A stretch of 64,000 bases of DNA from Curvularia clavata. Lineage: Eukaryota. Of this stretch, positions 59,931 to 64,000 are shown in pieces; positions within the stretch are counted from its first letter, which is position 1; the number at the start of each line of letters is the position of its first letter. The position numbers were made by a program, and so were the translations under genes. Below the pieces are notes generated by a model, which saw only the letters and a list, made by a program, of their open reading frames with translations, was not told the DNA's origin and ran no database searches. The DNA is taken from NCBI GenBank assembly GCA_023920165.1, contig CP089274.1, positions 5,704,001 through 5,768,000 of the forward strand, written 5' to 3'.

Positions 59931-61109
59931 AACCAGTCGAGGGCTCACATGACAAGGCCCCTGGCCGCGAGCACGGATCCGTGGGCTGGCTGGGAAAAAG
60001 GGTCCAGTCGCCCAGGCACTACCCAGCCAAGTGGTGGTGGGCCGCTGCTAGACGACTCGGAAGGGGTCCGCGTGCATGATTTACGGGCCAACTGCGGGGA
60101 GCGCATGTAAAAACCATCAATACAACCCCCTTCGTTCCCCACCACCGTCGTGTCCGAAGCCATGTGATTGCGCCTGAACCGCCCGTTGCCACCACCTGCA
60201 ACTTGCTTGTCTACGTATATGCCATGCATTGCATACCGCTACATACAGCAGCTTGTCGCGTGCCCACCTGCTGTTGCGGGAACGGCCATGGGGCTCCCCT
60301 CGGACGCCACCAGTACGACGATTGATAACAACATGCTGTGCGAAACAACAAAGCCAATCCAGTCTCACCAAGCAGCCAGACGTCCCAGGCCGCGGCGCCA
60401 GGGTTCACGCATCTAGTCGGTTAAGATGCCCATTGTGAGCTGACAAACATACTTACACCGCCGTGATCCGCCGACGCAGCCTGCACTGATGCAGTATGAT
60501 GCGACGGGGCGCCTTTCAAGCTCTGACCGTATGCTCGGCTTGCAATAGTACATATAAATGGCAACAAGAACCTTTCTGCCGCGTGCGAGTGAAGAGATAA
60601 AGCAACCCTCGTCGCTCACACGTCATCGGGCGAGACCCTGACGACGCACAAACCACAATCCTCTCGCTGCTCCCCAGCTCCACTACTCTTCACATTCTTT
60701 TGTACTTGTACATGCCTCTTTGCACACGCCCATCACACTGACCAGCGATCCCACCGCTACAGTGTACTTCCCCTTGCCCCCCATCTGCGGCGTTCCCTAC
60801 TTTTGACAGACCGTTTAACCATGCTGCAGGCGCGATTTGATCGGGCCCCGTCTCCTCCAATGAGAATGGTCGCCTCGAGCACACCCTAGAGAATCCGCCA
60901 TTAACGCGTTGACTGCGCCGGTTGCTTAGAACTCACGCTTTGATATCCGTCCTGTCGATCTTTCCATTGCTGCCAGTATATTTCTCTCCTCTTTTGACAC
61001 TTTCAACTGCGCAAAGCAAAACCACCAGACGCTCTAGGGCTGCTTCGGGTGCCCGCTATCAACTCTTGTTGAGCGGTGCGTCTTCACCGACCATCCTTCC
61101 ACTGCCAAG

Positions 61110-64000
61110 ATGAAGTTCGGACACAATCTGCCCCGGAACCAGGTTCCAGAATGGGCAACCTCGTACATCAACTACAAGGGCCTCAAGAAGCTCATCAAAA
61201 ATGCTGCTGAAGCTTCAAAGAACGGCTCCGATCCAGATCTCACAGGTCAGTCTGAACCTTCCAAAGCCCACGTCCTAGCCAATCCCATGCATATTCAACA
61301 GCGATCCATGCACGCATGGGTCATATGGCTGACAGCAACTTACAGAGTTCTTCTTCTCTCTCGATCGTAACCTCGAAGATGTGGACAACTTCTACAACCG
61401 AAAATACGCAGAATTTTCTCGTCGACTTCGGATTCTACATGGCCGCTATGGGCGTGCCGCGCAGTTACCCGAAGGAATCGATAAAGATGAGGCACAAGAC
61501 CTTATGGGCGCATTGCTCGAGCTCCGAGGTTCCATGCGGAAGCTCCAATGGTATGGAGAAGTCAATCGGAGGGGCTTCATCAAAATTACCAAAAAGCTGG
61601 ATAAAAAGATCAAGACAGCGTGTTTGCAAGAGCCGTACCTGGCATCCAAGGTCAACCCAAAGCCTTTTGCTCACAACCTGCCACTCAACCAAGACATGAA
61701 GGCTGTTAATGAATGGCTATCAGGACTCGGCGATATCAAGACTTTTGATGATACAGGTTCCACACATTCTGCAGGCTCTCTTGGCCGGGTCCCAGGTCGC
61801 TCGCTCCATCTGCCCTCAGGCCTTCTTGATGCAGTAGATTTGGCTATCCGCAACGACCAGGCCGAGGACCTGGGTGTACAGATTGCTGAGGCTGCCGCGA
61901 ACAACGGCATAACCAGTTCGTCCATGCAGCAGGTCCTGCTGAACTTCTTGCAGCGTTCCATTTCATGTCGATCCAAAGAATGCATCAAGAGATTACTGCA
62001 GGATATCATCTCTCTAGACGAAGAAGACGACATAAACAAGCGTAACTGTATTCACCGCCTTGTCATCAACATTGGCCGTTCCAAGAGCGGTGACACATTC
62101 GGTGTCGATGGAACGCTCCTGCCCAGTTCAGGCGAAAACGGGAACTTCATAGTGCCAGCTACCGACCCCAATCGCCAACCTCGCCCTTGCACTACTACCG
62201 AGGAAGAATCGACACAACTGCTTAGTGAGAACGACGAGTCTGTCCGCTTGCTCATCTTTCTGCTTGACGAGCTGCGTGCCGAGCAGCGTAATGCGCTTCA
62301 ATCTCGTGACTCCTACGGAAGACTCCCACTTCATTACGCGGCACAATATGGCTTCGTGATCATCTGCCAGGTTGTCATAAAGCATATGCAAGATTGGGGC
62401 CAGTTTGATGTGTCACGAGGCATTGACTCCCCCCACTGGCAGGATGCCGATGGCAACGCGCCTTTGCACCTCAGTGTCATGGGTGGGCATGTCCTAACTA
62501 CCAAAACGCTCCTGGAGGCAGAGAACTGGCGGGGTACTAACAAAGAAAGACGCGCCTCCAGAATATCCACTGCCCGCTCAGGAGCAGTTCTGGCTCTGGC
62601 GACTCGATCAAACTTTGTTGATATTGTCAAACTCTTAGTTGAAGCTGATGTCGACGTCAACTACCAGGACGAGGGTGGCGAAACCGCTCTACACATGGCA
62701 GCGCGCTACGGATATGATCAGTGTGCCAAGGTTTTGCTGGAGGGCTCTAATACGAACAAAGCGGAGGTCGATATTCCTGAAAAGACGTTTGCCTGGACGC
62801 CACTATTCATTGCTTGTGTCGATGATCATCTCTCAATCGTGGAACTCTTGGCCGCTGCTGGAGCTGATCTGCACCGATGCGACAATTCCGGCTGGACAGC
62901 AAAAGAGCACGCAGCACTTCGTGGTCATATGCAGATTGCAGAAAGACTATGCGAACTTGCTCCCACATCAGTCTCGCCAAGCGTGGCACCCACGGATGCA
63001 CGGATTTCTCGAAGTGGTTCACCTCCCCAGAATTCTCTTGACGAGCGACGATCCAAGAATCTGAACCGAGACACAAACGTTTCCATACAGAAACCGCCAG
63101 AACCTGTAAAAACCTTTGGTCACCGCTACCTAACAAACGAAACCATGGTTTTGGTCAGTTTGGGGTCTATGGATGTCCGAAAAGACATACCGGCAGTCAA
63201 ACTCGACGACATTCCGCTTGCCGATGCACATGCAACGCAGCTAGATACTGCTCTATCTCTAGTCGTTCAGGCATCGGGAGCCAAAGGGGACCCCACAATC
63301 ATCGATTTACCCATTCAGGACAACATTGCCACAGAGCCTATTACATTCATGACCAGCGATATCACCAAAGTCAAGCTTTTGTTTGATCTTGTTCCTACCT
63401 ATGCAGGAACACATGAGCGGTCAATGGGGCGAGCCGTTGCTTTGCTCTCCACCATAAAGACCAGTGTCGGATCGAAGCGAATTCCCCTCCAAGGAGATAT
63501 GAAAGTCCCCATTGTGGCGGCCTCAACGCTGGACGTTATTGGATCGGTCAACTTCAACTTTCTGATTATCACACCCTTTCATCATCCAAACATGTCGATT
63601 ACTGAGCAACACACTTACTGGAAGAAGATGGCTGCAACAACGATGGTCATCGGCCACCGTGGTCTCGGAAAGAACACGGCGTCTCGCACATCGCTGCAGC
63701 TCGGCGAGAACACCATACAGTCATTTATCTCGGCCGCTAATCTGGGCGCTGAGTATGTCGAATTCGATGTGCAGCTGACAAAAGACCATGTCCCGGTCAT
63801 CTATCACGACTTCCTTGTCAGCGAGACCGGTATTGATGCGCCTGTACACACTCTTACCCTAGACCAATTCCTACATATTGGCGAGGGATCAAATCCTCGT
63901 TATGCTCGAACAGGGTCTCCAGACAGAACGCCCAATCTCAACGGCACCGAAGAAGACCGTCCCAGCGTGCGAAGGCCAAGGTCTTACTCTGTGGACAATT
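61110..64000 (+). CDS. GDE1: Glycerophosphocholine phosphodiesterase Gde1 (SPX-ankyrin-GDPD), runs off the window end; intron 61246-61345
   Basis: SPX start MKFG...YINYKGLKK and NRRGFIKITKKLDKK; ankyrin repeats; GDPD motifs VIGHRGLG, GENTIQSF, VEFDVQLTKD, IYHD. Confidence 0.92.

Noticed and set aside
60821..60889. 22-codon upstream ORF before GDE1
   Set aside because: The TSS is unknown and such short ORFs arise by chance; no conservation evidence is available.

Overview
Eukaryotic DNA from a filamentous ascomycete (short GT-AG introns with CTRAC branch sites; probably a Dothideomycete, which is inference only). It holds about 20 protein-coding genes. A conserved backbone (PPG1 phosphatase, UPF3, LEU5-type carrier, MT-A70 methyltransferase, WD40 protein, TMF1/SGM1 golgin, nitrilase, NAS6, pyridoxamine-oxidase-like, DUF866, UBA/AT-hook, XAP5, GDE1) is interrupted by two accessory allorecognition/immunity blocks (about 34.9-41.9 kb and 46.4-53.6 kb). 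Three observations stand out. (1) Five ORFs that look separate splice in frame into one gene of about 2247 aa, an NLR-like protein with the order HET-NACHT-ankyrin-unknown domain-PNP_UDP. It has putative effector domains at both ends, and the N-terminal HET motif is degenerate. (2) A HET gene can only be put in frame by a nested [D1,2] stwintron. (3) A secreted precursor carries seven Kex2-flanked ...W(G/S) repeat peptides and lies next to a chitin deacetylase and a GH16 gene. No tRNA, rRNA, CRISPR array or intact transposon could be supported. All intron calls were made by eye.
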